Below are positions 53,083 to 62,493 of a stretch of 64,000 bases of DNA, one piece after another (the first letter of the stretch is position 1; every line of letters starts with the position of its first letter). The DNA is from an uncultured Candidatus Saccharibacteria bacterium. GTDB taxonomy: Bacteria > Patescibacteriota > Saccharimonadia > Saccharimonadales > EFPC-124. Position numbers and translations under genes: made by a program. The stretch lies in the NCBI GenBank assembly GCA_965225085.1, contig CBDDBE010000004.1, positions 24,897 through 88,896 on the forward strand. Direction: 5' to 3'. The notes under the pieces were generated by a model, which had not been told where the DNA came from, ran no database searches, and was given only the letters and a program-made list of their open reading frames with translations.

Positions 53083-54746
53083 CTAGGCCAGTCCGTACAA
53101 AGCGAAGGAAGATCCCGTCACCATGTTTGAGCCATCCGTTGTCGCGATGACTAGCGACGTGATTGCGGCTGTGGACAGCCAGGTTCCGCCAACAAGCCGC
53201 AGATAGTATTGCGTACCGCCAAAGCCGTGGCCCATAGACGTGAGCCCCTTAAAGATGGCATCGTCGGTACGATACATTGTGAATTCTCCAACACCAAATG
53301 AGTTTGCCGTAGCTGTGGCCCCGGGAACAACATCCATCCAGATACGCGAGTCACTGGTGCTGCCCCCCCATTGGATGTGGTATTATTACCCAACACTTGT
53401 TGCCATACGTAGTGGCCGCTCGTGGCGTCGGCGTTGAATCGGATGCCAAAGTCTGATGTGGCTCCGTTTACATCGCTACGTGCGGTATAGAACCCGCGCA
53501 GAGCCTTGTAGCCAGATGGCACGCTGATTGTAATCCCGGAGGCGGAGCTGGAGAGGACCTGAGAGCCGATTAGTGTCATCGCGCCAGAACTCGGCGCTTG
53601 CCATGTTGCCGTTGTACTACTGGTTGCCGTCAGGACTTGCCCATTGGCGGGCGTCCCAGAAATAGCCACGCCTTGGATCTTGGCAACCGTAGGGTTTGGA
53701 TAAGTACTGCCAGCAAGATCTCCACCCGCCGCTCCGGTGGGCGCTCTGCTATTGGTGGTTGTCGGGTCATTAGCGGATAAGGCATTGCCTGCTCCTGAAC
53801 CGGCAGCCCCAACAACCGGCACTTGCCCAAACGCCGCCGCGTCAGTGGCAACAGTTCCGTTGGCAAGACCGGTAATCTTGTGCGTGTTCATCGTAACATT
53901 GCCTGCTGTTGCATTGGCATTGGCGATGGCGGAGAGGTCGGTTGTGCTAGCCAATGCTCCTACCTGCGCAGCAGTGTAGTCGCCGCTTTGTGCGGTGACT
54001 GCACCCGTGCGGGTGAAGACAGACGAGACGGGGGCGCTAGCCGGTGTCTGCCAATTGGCAGCTGTACCACTTGTGGCTGTTAGCACTTGCCCATTGGACG
54101 GAGCAGCGGCGCCGTTCACAACAACTGTTGTGGTGCTTGAGCTGAGCGCATTGGCGGTCGTTGCTGTTGACGCGGTAGTAGCGTTGGTGGCGCTCGCAAC
54201 AGCCGAAGTTATCTGAGAGCCCGAGATAGATTTGTTTGTCAGAGTTTGTATGTCGGTCGTACCGACAACTGCTCCGGCTGGCGTAGCTACGGTTGTCATG
54301 GCCGCAGTGCCATTACCGACAACTAGCCCGGAGAGCGTTCCGGTGCCGGTACCACCTTGTGAAACGGGAAGGGCGCTGGACAGATGGGTGGCAACAATCT
54401 GGGGCGATGTTGCACTACCAGCGAGGTCGCCCGATAGCTGTACGATACCCTTGCTGCTGGTGGTTGCATCGGGCGTGCCGGCGCTTACTGCATTGTCTAC
54501 GTAGGTTTTTGTTGTAGCATGGCTGCCCAATGTTGGCGCAGGCATGAGTGGCGAAGATTGGAAGGTTTTGGTGCCGGCAATAGCCTCCGCGCCGGTCGTG
54601 TGGACGACGTTTGCATCGTTTGCTTTTGTGGCAAGGCTACCGGATGATTTTAGAGTGCCGTCCGGGTTGTGCTCTACGCTTAAAAAATCATTGAGGACAT
54701 CACCCCACGTACCGTTGTCTTGACCGGGCGTCGGTAAGCGTGACAT
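53083..54746 (-). pseudogene. fibre-like protein, family copy 4, reading frame broken at a G7 tract (phase-variable gene, pseudogene or assembly error)
   Basis: Conserved N-module at 54746. Contains tail-fibre-like segments (KTFQSSPLMPAPTLGSHATTKTYVDNAV, GGDLAGSTYPNPTVAKIQG, repeated NGQVLTATSxTxAxWQxP). The frame switches at the C7/G7 run 53363-53369. The plausible C-terminus continues in the other frame to 53083. Confidence 0.7.
54648..54746 (-). repeat. conserved 33-aa N-terminal module, copy 4
   Basis: MSRLPTPGQDNGTWGDVLNDFLSVEHNPDGTLK, starting at the ATG at 54746. The listed TTG at 54749 is less likely. Confidence 0.85.
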
Positions 54747-54910
54747 CAATAGCCCTTTATATGCTCAATCATATTTATCTAAGTATACCAAAGCGTAAGC
54801 GCGAGAAACAATTTCCCAGATGCTCCATTCAAGGCACGGCGCCAACAATACCCAAAGTAGCGATCATCTAGTTCCGGCCCAATACCTTGAAGACCAACAG
54901 GAGATAGATA

Positions 54911-55372
54911 TTAGGCTAAGTCGAGCTGTTTGACTACGCTCTTTTCGCCATTAAAAAATGAATCTCCGGCTTGCAGCGCAATTCTCCAAGCGTCTACCAC
55001 TTTCTGCCGATCAAGTTTCATGGATTCAAACCATGCTGGAGCTGAGACTGGATTGGGGCTGGTGTATGAACCCCAAGTCGCTATTTCATACAGTATAGGT
55101 ATCGCATCCATGCCTGTTGTGGTTAACGTATATATTGTCTTGCGTTTATCGGCGTCATCTTGCGATTTTTGGATTATCCCCACCTTCTCTAGGTGAACTA
55201 GTCGCTCGGATAGAACGCTGGAACCAATTTTTTCATCCGAATCCATGAACTCCCCAAACGTTTTCTTGCCTAGGGCGGCCATGTCGCGATAAATTAGCAT
55301 AGACCATGTGTCGCCAAAGATCTCAACAGTGAAGTTTATGGGACAATGTGATCTAGTATCTGTTCGCTTCAT
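54911..55372 (-). CDS. HxlR family transcriptional regulator
   Basis: CPINFTVEIFGDTWSMLIYRDM...FGEF...IGSSVLSERLVHLEKVGII winged-helix signature, with an extra C-terminal domain. Confidence 0.85.
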   Translation of the reverse strand: MKRTDTRSHCPINFTVEIFGDTWSMLIYRDMAALGKKTFGEFMDSDEKIGSSVLSERLVHLEKVGIIQKSQDDADKRKTIYTLTTTGMDAIPILYEIATWGSYTSPNPVSAPAWFESMKLDRQKVVDAWRIALQAGDSFFNGEKSVVKQLDLA

Positions 55373-55461
55373 CAGGGCAGCATAGCAGGAATTACTTTTA
55401 TCATCAAATTAATCATGATAAGCTGGGCGTAACCATCAACCCAATAAAAAAGGAACTCTGC

Positions 55462-55950
55462 ATGCCAAAAATCGTAACTTTTCTTTGGCTGAACGACCAA
55501 GCGGACGAAGCGGTCGACTTGTACGTATCGCTGTTTGAAGATGCGAAAATAACAAACACGTCATATCTCACAGAATCAGTGGCGGAAATGGCCGGAAAGA
55601 AAGCCGGAGATGTATCGTCAGTAGACTTTGAAATAGCTGGTCAAAACTTTACGGCGCTCAATGGCGGCCCAATGTACAAGCTTACCGAGGCCGCCTCGAT
55701 ACTGGTAGGCTGCAAGACCCAAGAAGAGATCGACAAACTTTGGGACGCACTGTCCAAAGACGGCAACGTATTGTCTTGCGGATGGGTTACAGATAAATAT
55801 GGCGTAACCTGGCAGATTGTGCCGGACAACCTAGACGAAATGATGCGCGACCCAGATCAGGCTAAAGCCAATCGGGTGAGCGAGGCTATACTTAGCATGG
55901 AGGGCAAACTGGATAAAAGTGAGCTCGAAAAAGCCTATAAAGGCGAATAA
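55462..55950 (+). CDS. VOC/glyoxalase-superfamily protein (PhnB / 3-demethylubiquinone-9 3-methyltransferase-domain-like)
   Basis: ITFLWLNDQADEA..LYVSLF and GWVTDKYGVTWQIVP segments typical of this domain. Divergent from the HxlR gene. Confidence 0.7.
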   Translation: MPKIVTFLWLNDQADEAVDLYVSLFEDAKITNTSYLTESVAEMAGKKAGDVSSVDFEIAGQNFTALNGGPMYKLTEAASILVGCKTQEEIDKLWDALSKDGNVLSCGWVTDKYGVTWQIVPDNLDEMMRDPDQAKANRVSEAILSMEGKLDKSELEKAYKGE

Positions 55951-56055
55951 TAATTGCAACTGTTGCAGGAGTTCGTGGATGGTTACCGGGCTGTAGGTAA
56001 GCACTGGCGTTTGTAGGTCTAATAAATTGGTGGCTTTTATGTTATTGTATAATTA

Positions 56056-56760
56056 ATGACTCAGCAAATCTCTATCTCTTGCCCGGGGTATACCATTGCA
56101 GCCGATTGGCACGAGGGCAAAACAAATCAAAAAATCATTCTTACATTCGTAGGCTTTGGTTCTAGCAAAAAAAGTAACTATGACTTCATGGTAAAGCTTG
56201 TTGATATGACTGGCGTGAGCGCGCTTGTGGTAGACTTTTCAGGTCACGGCGAAAGCCCACTGAATGTTGACGAAACAATGCCCGCACAACATCTACTCGA
56301 AGCGACCAAAGCATACGATTGGATCAAGGCTAACTATCCAGAGAGTGCCGTTTACGTTATGGGCACGAGCTATGGCGGCTTTATGGCGGCCTATCTTACT
56401 CGTTTCCGCCAGGTAGAAAAGTTGATTCTACGGACTCCAGCCATCTATGAGCCAAGTTCCTTCTATACCGAGCATCGCTTGATCGACAAAATCCTCGTCC
56501 GTGAATATCGTAAAGATACTGAAGCGCTTAAAAACCATCCTATCTTTCTGCAGCCAGCTGTAAGAGAAATGTCAACGTACCTTGTTATTCACGGTGAAGA
56601 CGAGAGCATTCCTCGGGAAACGACTGATGTATACAAATCAGCATTCGATGCAAAGATCTACCTGGCCGAAGGGTTTGCTCATGCATTCCGCGACCCAGCA
56701 AACCCACAAGAGAACATAGCTGCCTATTACGATGCTCTAGCTGCGTGGTTAGGCCAGTAG
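56056..56760 (+). CDS. alpha/beta hydrolase
   Basis: GHGES oxyanion region, nucleophile elbow GTSYGG, and a C-terminal His (GFAHAF). Confidence 0.7.
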   Translation: MTQQISISCPGYTIAADWHEGKTNQKIILTFVGFGSSKKSNYDFMVKLVDMTGVSALVVDFSGHGESPLNVDETMPAQHLLEATKAYDWIKANYPESAVYVMGTSYGGFMAAYLTRFRQVEKLILRTPAIYEPSSFYTEHRLIDKILVREYRKDTEALKNHPIFLQPAVREMSTYLVIHGEDESIPRETTDVYKSAFDAKIYLAEGFAHAFRDPANPQENIAAYYDALAAWLGQ

Positions 56761-56855
56761 TCTTTAGCTTGATTTTATCGATAGAATACGTTACCTTAAT
56801 CAAGTTGTCTGCAACCTGATTCGCAACAACAAATCCAGTCGACGAAGGGTGATCC

Positions 56856-58055
56856 ATGAACCTGTCGTGGGGCCATTATGACGACCCCGATACGCTGCAA
56901 GGGCTGGCGCAGTATAAGGCTTCGGGCCTTACATTACGCACGCCGAGTGATATTCAGCAATTGAGGCCTTCCGGCATTCAAAGCGTCGCTTACGCCTGTA
57001 GCGCCTTGCTGGACAGTACCTACAAAGGGAACTATCCGCAAAGCACCAAAGACGTCGATGCACTCGCCGCGAGCATGGCGAAGGGAGACACTCTTCTGTT
57101 CATGTTGCTTGACGGCGAGGAAGCAGTCGCCATCGCTAGTCTCATCCGCCGATCTAACAGTATGCGGGGCGATCTCCAGTTTGTTGAGCTGAGCAAAGCC
57201 GCAAAGCTCCCGGGTGATAAAGCTGCCGCTGTTCGAGTACGACATCTGTCAAAGTATCGTCTCATATGGGCAGACAAGCATTTGCCCGATGCGAGCTTCC
57301 TTTACGGCTCTCCGCGAGCCGCAAAGGAAGGCCGAGACGGTGCGCCCGGCGGCAAGTCAGCTCAAAGCGTGTGGTGGGGCGGCCGTCAACATGGTGCTGT
57401 GTTGCCACTCGTGGCGACCAATGTAGGGTGGAACTTCCGTGTCGGGGGCATTGAGCCGTTGACGGGTTTTACTGCCCCGATGCAAGCTGGCGCATGGCTT
57501 AGGTCGGCTAGCGCTGAGCGGGTCTTCGTTCCAAGCCGCATGGTGGAGTACTCCCTGCGAACCCTTCTTACCGAGGGAACAAACGGAGCGCTTTCACCTA
57601 TGCTGGGTACCACATTGGATACTCGCGAGGATGAGCCTGTCTTTCGTGAGGCTCGTCCGGCATTGGCCGACATCGTCACCAAGTACTACGTGACGGACAG
57701 TGCAGTTCATCTGGCTACACGATCTGCTCGTGAGGTCAGTGATCAGCTTTCTGGCACAATCAGCCAGAAGGTGATCGTCGAGACTGACGTCGCGTCAACG
57801 CCCCATGGTGCACGCGTTATGCGCTGGCTGCTGGCAAACGGGTGGACATTCGTGGGATGGCAGCCATCCGAGGTCATCTTCGGCGGCATCTGTCCGATGT
57901 TTGCACGAGTGAACCCCGAATTGGCGCATGAGCTGATCGAGCCCGTGCATCACTCGCAGTACTTCGACAGCGGTGGCCTTCGCTGCACGAAGGAAGTGCT
58001 GGACGCTATGTACGAGGAGATGCGCAACAAGGCGTTCTCCGCCAACATCCGCTGA
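56856..58055 (+). CDS. hypothetical protein, possibly tandem GNAT-like fold
   Basis: GC-rich. Segments LLFMLLDGEEAVAIASLIRR and ARVMRWLLANGWTFVGW are acetyltransferase-fold-like by eye only. Lies 11 nt upstream of the next gene. Confidence 0.5.
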   Translation: MNLSWGHYDDPDTLQGLAQYKASGLTLRTPSDIQQLRPSGIQSVAYACSALLDSTYKGNYPQSTKDVDALAASMAKGDTLLFMLLDGEEAVAIASLIRRSNSMRGDLQFVELSKAAKLPGDKAAAVRVRHLSKYRLIWADKHLPDASFLYGSPRAAKEGRDGAPGGKSAQSVWWGGRQHGAVLPLVATNVGWNFRVGGIEPLTGFTAPMQAGAWLRSASAERVFVPSRMVEYSLRTLLTEGTNGALSPMLGTTLDTREDEPVFREARPALADIVTKYYVTDSAVHLATRSAREVSDQLSGTISQKVIVETDVASTPHGARVMRWLLANGWTFVGWQPSEVIFGGICPMFARVNPELAHELIEPVHHSQYFDSGGLRCTKEVLDAMYEEMRNKAFSANIR

Positions 58056-58066
58056 AGGAGCGTCAC

Positions 58067-59107
58067 ATGTCTCGCGTCGTTTTGCTCGAAAATCCGGTAC
58101 TTCAGTACCGCCCGAACAGCAGCGTGCCCGTGAATATCAAGGCAGTCGCTGATCGCATCGACAGCCACCTCGGGTGTGGAGCTGGCAGAACATACTTCGT
58201 ACCCTTCGCCGCAGTTCACGCCAACCTCGCTCTCGATAGGGGCATCTCGGGAATCGGTGACCTCTACGGAGGCATCGTCCGACACCCCGAACACGCAGAC
58301 AAGGCCATCCTGCACGCGCTGCCGTCGCGTGACGCACAGCGCCCGGGTTGGTACTCGGCCCGCTTCGCCCGGCACGTGGAGGCCGTCGCCCTTCCGGGTT
58401 ACACTGCCTTCACGATCGAGGACGCGGTGCGGGCATATCGCTTGATGCGGAGTGATGATCTCACCGTTCGTCTCAAGGATCCGGCCAGCACGGGCGGCCT
58501 CGGTCAGCATTTCATTGGTACCGAGGCCGCACTGGTCGGTATTCTGGCGCAGTACGAAGCGAAACTGGCGAAAACCGGTATCGTTCTCGAAGCCGACCTT
58601 CATGGGCCGGTGACCATCACGATCGGCTACGTCAACATCGACGGAGCCATCTATACGTGGCACGGCCGACCGTATGACGTCAGTCACGACGGCATGATGC
58701 GGTTCGGTGGTAATGAGCTAACTGTCGTTCGTGGAGGTCTCGACGTATTGCATAGGTACGCCAAGGACCCCCACGACCGGCTCGCAGTCGATCAGGCAAA
58801 GCGCATTTTCGATGCGTACAGCCTGCTCGGGACGACCATTTCGCGCGCCACCCTGGACGTCGTTCAGGGAATGTCGTGCAATGGGGCGTTTCTGTCGGGT
58901 GTCACCGATCCGTCCCTACGGCCCAGCGCGTCGTCGGCGGCTGAAATCCGCGCCGTCGAAGCTCTCACGGACAACCCGGAGGCTACAGTGGCAAAGACCA
59001 GGCTCACCTACGACTACTGGAAGAGCATCAAGAGGCGCCCCGAACAGGAGCTGTTCGTGGATCATTCTCGTATGAGGATCCTGGTTGAGCTGGTGCACGT
59101 CGACTAG
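58067..59107 (+). CDS. hypothetical protein, ATP-grasp-like (possibly DUF3182 family)
   Basis: VRLKDPASTGGLGQ (Lys plus Gly-rich loop), IVLEADL, and a later LDVVQG...FLSGVTDPSLRPSAS arrangement are reminiscent of ATP-grasp ligases. Unverified. Confidence 0.45.
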   Translation: MSRVVLLENPVLQYRPNSSVPVNIKAVADRIDSHLGCGAGRTYFVPFAAVHANLALDRGISGIGDLYGGIVRHPEHADKAILHALPSRDAQRPGWYSARFARHVEAVALPGYTAFTIEDAVRAYRLMRSDDLTVRLKDPASTGGLGQHFIGTEAALVGILAQYEAKLAKTGIVLEADLHGPVTITIGYVNIDGAIYTWHGRPYDVSHDGMMRFGGNELTVVRGGLDVLHRYAKDPHDRLAVDQAKRIFDAYSLLGTTISRATLDVVQGMSCNGAFLSGVTDPSLRPSASSAAEIRAVEALTDNPEATVAKTRLTYDYWKSIKRRPEQELFVDHSRMRILVELVHVD

Positions 59108-59171
59108 CCTGCCACAATCCTAGGCATCACAAAATGCCTCACGCCGTTTGACGCCACAGCATTCACGGCCA

Positions 59172-59220
59172 CCCTCCGTCTCGCACCGCGCTACTAGCGC
59201 GTGCGGGGCGGAGGGATTTT
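59172..59220 (+). terminator. rho-independent terminator
   Basis: Hairpin of about 19 bp, CCCTCCGTCTCGCAC...GTGCGGGGCGGAGGG (59172-59215), followed by ATTTT. Confidence 0.6.
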
Positions 59221-59455
59221 ACTTCATGGCAGGAGTTCGCGGACAACTGCTGAACTTTAACGGTAGAAGTAGAGTGTGGTGCAAGCAGGTTCCGGAACTT
59301 CTGGATGGTGCTGAAAACGAGAACTTCGACACTGCACGGGCGGGTATCGGCTGAAACAAGCCTTATGCTAGAGGTAAGGTGATTAACGTTGGCTTTTGGC
59401 CGCATATAGCACGCGCCAATAACTACTAGCCGCCAAAATTTATATTCGACACCTC

Positions 59456-60487
59456 CTAGATAAGTGCTATTAAGGAATGGATATCCTCGCTCGTATTGTC
59501 CCATGAGACTACGAATCGCACTTCGCCAGGACTATTCCAGTCATAGAATACATGGCCAAATTTGCGAAGGTTTTGCGTTACCGCCTCAGGTAGGATACAA
59601 AATATTTGATTTGTCATGATAGGTTGCGTAAATGTTATGTCGGCATTTAGTTTTTTACGTAGATTTTCAGCTAACTGCTTAGTTAGTTGGTTGCTATATA
59701 GCGCGTGCTTAAGCCATAGCTCGTCTTTTAGATATGGGATAAATTGCCCTGCAGTATAGCGCATCTTTGACGGTAATTGCATTGCCTGTTTTTGCATACG
59801 TGATCTATCGCTCTGTGGTGCATTGAAGACTACGACTGCCTCTGCGTTCATAAGACCATTTTTAGCACCACCAAAAGATAAGACATCGACTCCAGCATCC
59901 TTTGTAATTGAGCGAAGCGAAGAGTTTATTGCTGCAGCTGCATTGGGTAAACGACAGCCATCCATATGTAGGTACATATCATTTGCATGACAGAAATCCG
60001 CTATCTTCCTAATTTCGCCTGGTGTGTAGTATGTCCCATACTCAGTAGTATTTGCGATAGATACTACTTTTGGAAGGGGTGAGTGAAAGCCCAACTCCTT
60101 ACGTAAAGCAACCTCAGCCTCAACATCTTGAAGCCGTACTTTGCCGTTCTCGTGGGGCACGGTGAAAATATGTGCTCCTAAATGCGCGGAAGAGGCACCC
60201 GTTTCTTCTTCAAAAACATGTGAAACCGAACTGCACACGATAGCATCATACGGATGCTCAAGTAGAAGCGAGAGCCCCAGGATATTTGCTCCCGTGCCAG
60301 TAGGTACGAATAGCACTTCAGATTCCCCGAACGTCTGCTGAAATAATTGTCGAGCCTCTTCAGTGACTGCATCAGCTCCATAACCTGGCATATGGCCCTG
60401 TGCATTTATATCCTGCAAGAACTGCAAAATAGCAGGATCTACACTCGAGAAATTATCACTTCCAAAAGTGCGAACTACGTTTTTCAT
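59456..60487 (-). CDS. threonine aldolase-like PLP enzyme (beta-eliminating lyase family)
   Basis: FGSDNFS N-terminus, PTGTGAN, HMDGCR, and the PLP-Lys region SFGGAKNG. Confidence 0.8.
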   Translation of the reverse strand: MKNVVRTFGSDNFSSVDPAILQFLQDINAQGHMPGYGADAVTEEARQLFQQTFGESEVLFVPTGTGANILGLSLLLEHPYDAIVCSSVSHVFEEETGASSAHLGAHIFTVPHENGKVRLQDVEAEVALRKELGFHSPLPKVVSIANTTEYGTYYTPGEIRKIADFCHANDMYLHMDGCRLPNAAAAINSSLRSITKDAGVDVLSFGGAKNGLMNAEAVVVFNAPQSDRSRMQKQAMQLPSKMRYTAGQFIPYLKDELWLKHALYSNQLTKQLAENLRKKLNADITFTQPIMTNQIFCILPEAVTQNLRKFGHVFYDWNSPGEVRFVVSWDNTSEDIHSLIALI

Positions 60488-61659
60488 GACTGACCCCCTA
60501 CCATAATTTCTTTGGCGGGCGGAAAAGCGTTATAGCCGGTCGCCCGTAGGGATGCTGCATACGCGCCGACGTCCTCAATAACAAGCAGATCTCCTATGTG
60601 CGCTTTTGGCAGTTGGCGTGGCTGTAAGATCTCGGCATTCCCAGGAGCAACAGTAAGAACATCTCCGGATTCACAGTTGTGGCCAACAACGATGTAATGA
60701 GCTTGCCCTTTATTGTCATTTAAAACTCGAATGTCATGCTGCGCACCGTATAATGTTGGCCGGAGAAAATCATTCATGCCAGTGTTAGTACGAAGAAACG
60801 TGTAGCCTTCTGGCCCCGTATCGACAATATCAACAATTTCAGCAAGCAGTGTTCCGGCGTGCGCTACAAGCCATGTCCCAGGCTCGATTTCCAGATGCAG
60901 TTTACGACCTGTTTGTTTGTAGAAATGTTCGAGCCGCTCGGCAAACATGGACATGATATTGGACATATCAGCTTCTTGCTCACCTTCGGCGCGTCGTACT
61001 TTGTATCCACCGCCCATATCTAAGGTCGTTACGGTAGGCATTTGTAAAGCAATGGCAAGAGATGCATCGATGGCATCTTTCCAAGACTTAGAATCAGCGC
61101 CTGATCCGATGTGCGTATGTAGCCTGTCAACAATAACACCTGCAGCGTCTGCCATTGTCAGGGCTTGCTCAAGGTATTCATACCAGATGCCGAAGCTCGC
61201 CGACACACCCGCAGTTGTTGTGCGGTTGTTGTGTCCTGAACCCACGCCGGTGTTGATTCGTAGCGCAACGCGAGCTCCTGGGCTAGCCGCGTCAATAAAA
61301 AGTTGCAGCTGGTGCAAGGAAGTAGCAACAAATTGTACGTTTGCAGCTAACAAATCGGAAAGATTGTGCGCTGGCTGCTGAGAAGAGAGACTTATTTTTT
61401 CGCCGCTGATGCCAAGATCAAGTAGCATCTCTGCCTCATAACTTGAACTGGCGTCAAAATGTAGGCCTTCGGTATTAAAAAGGCGAATTATATCTGGGTG
61501 TGGGTTCGCTTTGACTGCGTAGCGTGTCGTTAACCCAAACGGCAGGGCGAGGCTCTTCAATTGCCGAGCCCGTGCCCTTAATTCGTTAGTGCCGTATATA
61601 TAGAGTGGAGTGCCATGTGCCTGTGCTAGTGATTTTGCCTGTGTCGATGATATATTCAT
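60484..61659 (-). CDS. lysA: diaminopimelate decarboxylase-like (fold-type III PLP decarboxylase)
   Basis: YAVKAN PLP-Lys motif, HIGSG, DMGGGY and CESGD motifs. The stop overlaps the downstream ATG (ATGA). Confidence 0.75.
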   Translation of the reverse strand: MNISSTQAKSLAQAHGTPLYIYGTNELRARARQLKSLALPFGLTTRYAVKANPHPDIIRLFNTEGLHFDASSSYEAEMLLDLGISGEKISLSSQQPAHNLSDLLAANVQFVATSLHQLQLFIDAASPGARVALRINTGVGSGHNNRTTTAGVSASFGIWYEYLEQALTMADAAGVIVDRLHTHIGSGADSKSWKDAIDASLAIALQMPTVTTLDMGGGYKVRRAEGEQEADMSNIMSMFAERLEHFYKQTGRKLHLEIEPGTWLVAHAGTLLAEIVDIVDTGPEGYTFLRTNTGMNDFLRPTLYGAQHDIRVLNDNKGQAHYIVVGHNCESGDVLTVAPGNAEILQPRQLPKAHIGDLLVIEDVGAYAASLRATGYNAFPPAKEIMVGGQS

Positions 61660-61749
61660 AATTCATCTAGCATACATCCTGTGGGCCGTAGTGTTAAATA
61701 TTTGGATATATTGATATAAATTGTATATTTTGCTATATTTATAACAATT

Positions 61750-62391
61750 ATGATAACAGTCGCACAACTAGTTCAAGATGCTCTTCTGCATGATGACGTT
61801 GCCCTAGCCGCAGCAAAGGAGGGCTGGTTAAATCTATCATCATACGCGAGGACACTACAGCCCGACATTCAGGAACGGCTATTCAAGGAGGTTCAGGAAG
61901 GAACGATAATAACTGCCCTATCCCGCATTGTCTCAGATCTGGAAGATAGCAAAAGACCAGCACGCAATGTTATCCAGAGCCTTTCAGTCCACTCCAACCT
62001 TGAAGGTATGACATTTGAGCGGACTGATGAGGTGTCGGAAAGAATTCGAAGCATCTACTCTACAATACACATGACCAATAAGTCCTATCTTACTATTACG
62101 CAGGGTATCAATGAGGTGACGATTATTGCTGAATCGCAAGTAGCACAGTCATTCCGGGATGACCTTAGAGATACCCAAAAGGTTTATGATAAAACGAACC
62201 TTGTTGGAATTACTGCGAAGTTTAAAATAGGCTACCTGGAAATCCCCAACCTTATTTTTTCTTTAACGCAACGTTTGGCGCACAGAGACATAAATATTAT
62301 TGAAATTGTATCCACTGCAACTGAGCTCACCTTCATCATAGAGAAGAAGGATCTCTCTACCACACTGTCTCAACTTCAGAAGGATATATGA
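61750..62391 (+). CDS. hypothetical protein with C-terminal ACT-like domain
   Basis: The C-terminal LVGITAKF....IPNLIFSLTQRLAHRDINIIEIVSTATELTFII segment resembles aspartokinase-type ACT domains. AT-richer gene. Confidence 0.5.
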   Translation: MITVAQLVQDALLHDDVALAAAKEGWLNLSSYARTLQPDIQERLFKEVQEGTIITALSRIVSDLEDSKRPARNVIQSLSVHSNLEGMTFERTDEVSERIRSIYSTIHMTNKSYLTITQGINEVTIIAESQVAQSFRDDLRDTQKVYDKTNLVGITAKFKIGYLEIPNLIFSLTQRLAHRDINIIEIVSTATELTFIIEKKDLSTTLSQLQKDI

Positions 62392-62493
62392 TTTATGAGA
62401 GCGCAAGGGTTTGCGAACAAGACAAGTGCCCCAAAATTTGAGGCATTTCGTATCTGAGCTAGACTTCGATCCTGCCGATCCTAATACAGTCCA

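Noticed and set aside
53590-54110. The two NGQVLTATS...W Q x P repeats in family copy 4, considered as a diversity-generating retroelement template/variable repeat pair.
   Set aside because: Differences between the repeats are not adenine-specific, no reverse transcriptase gene is in the window, and the repeats are both inside the same ORF.
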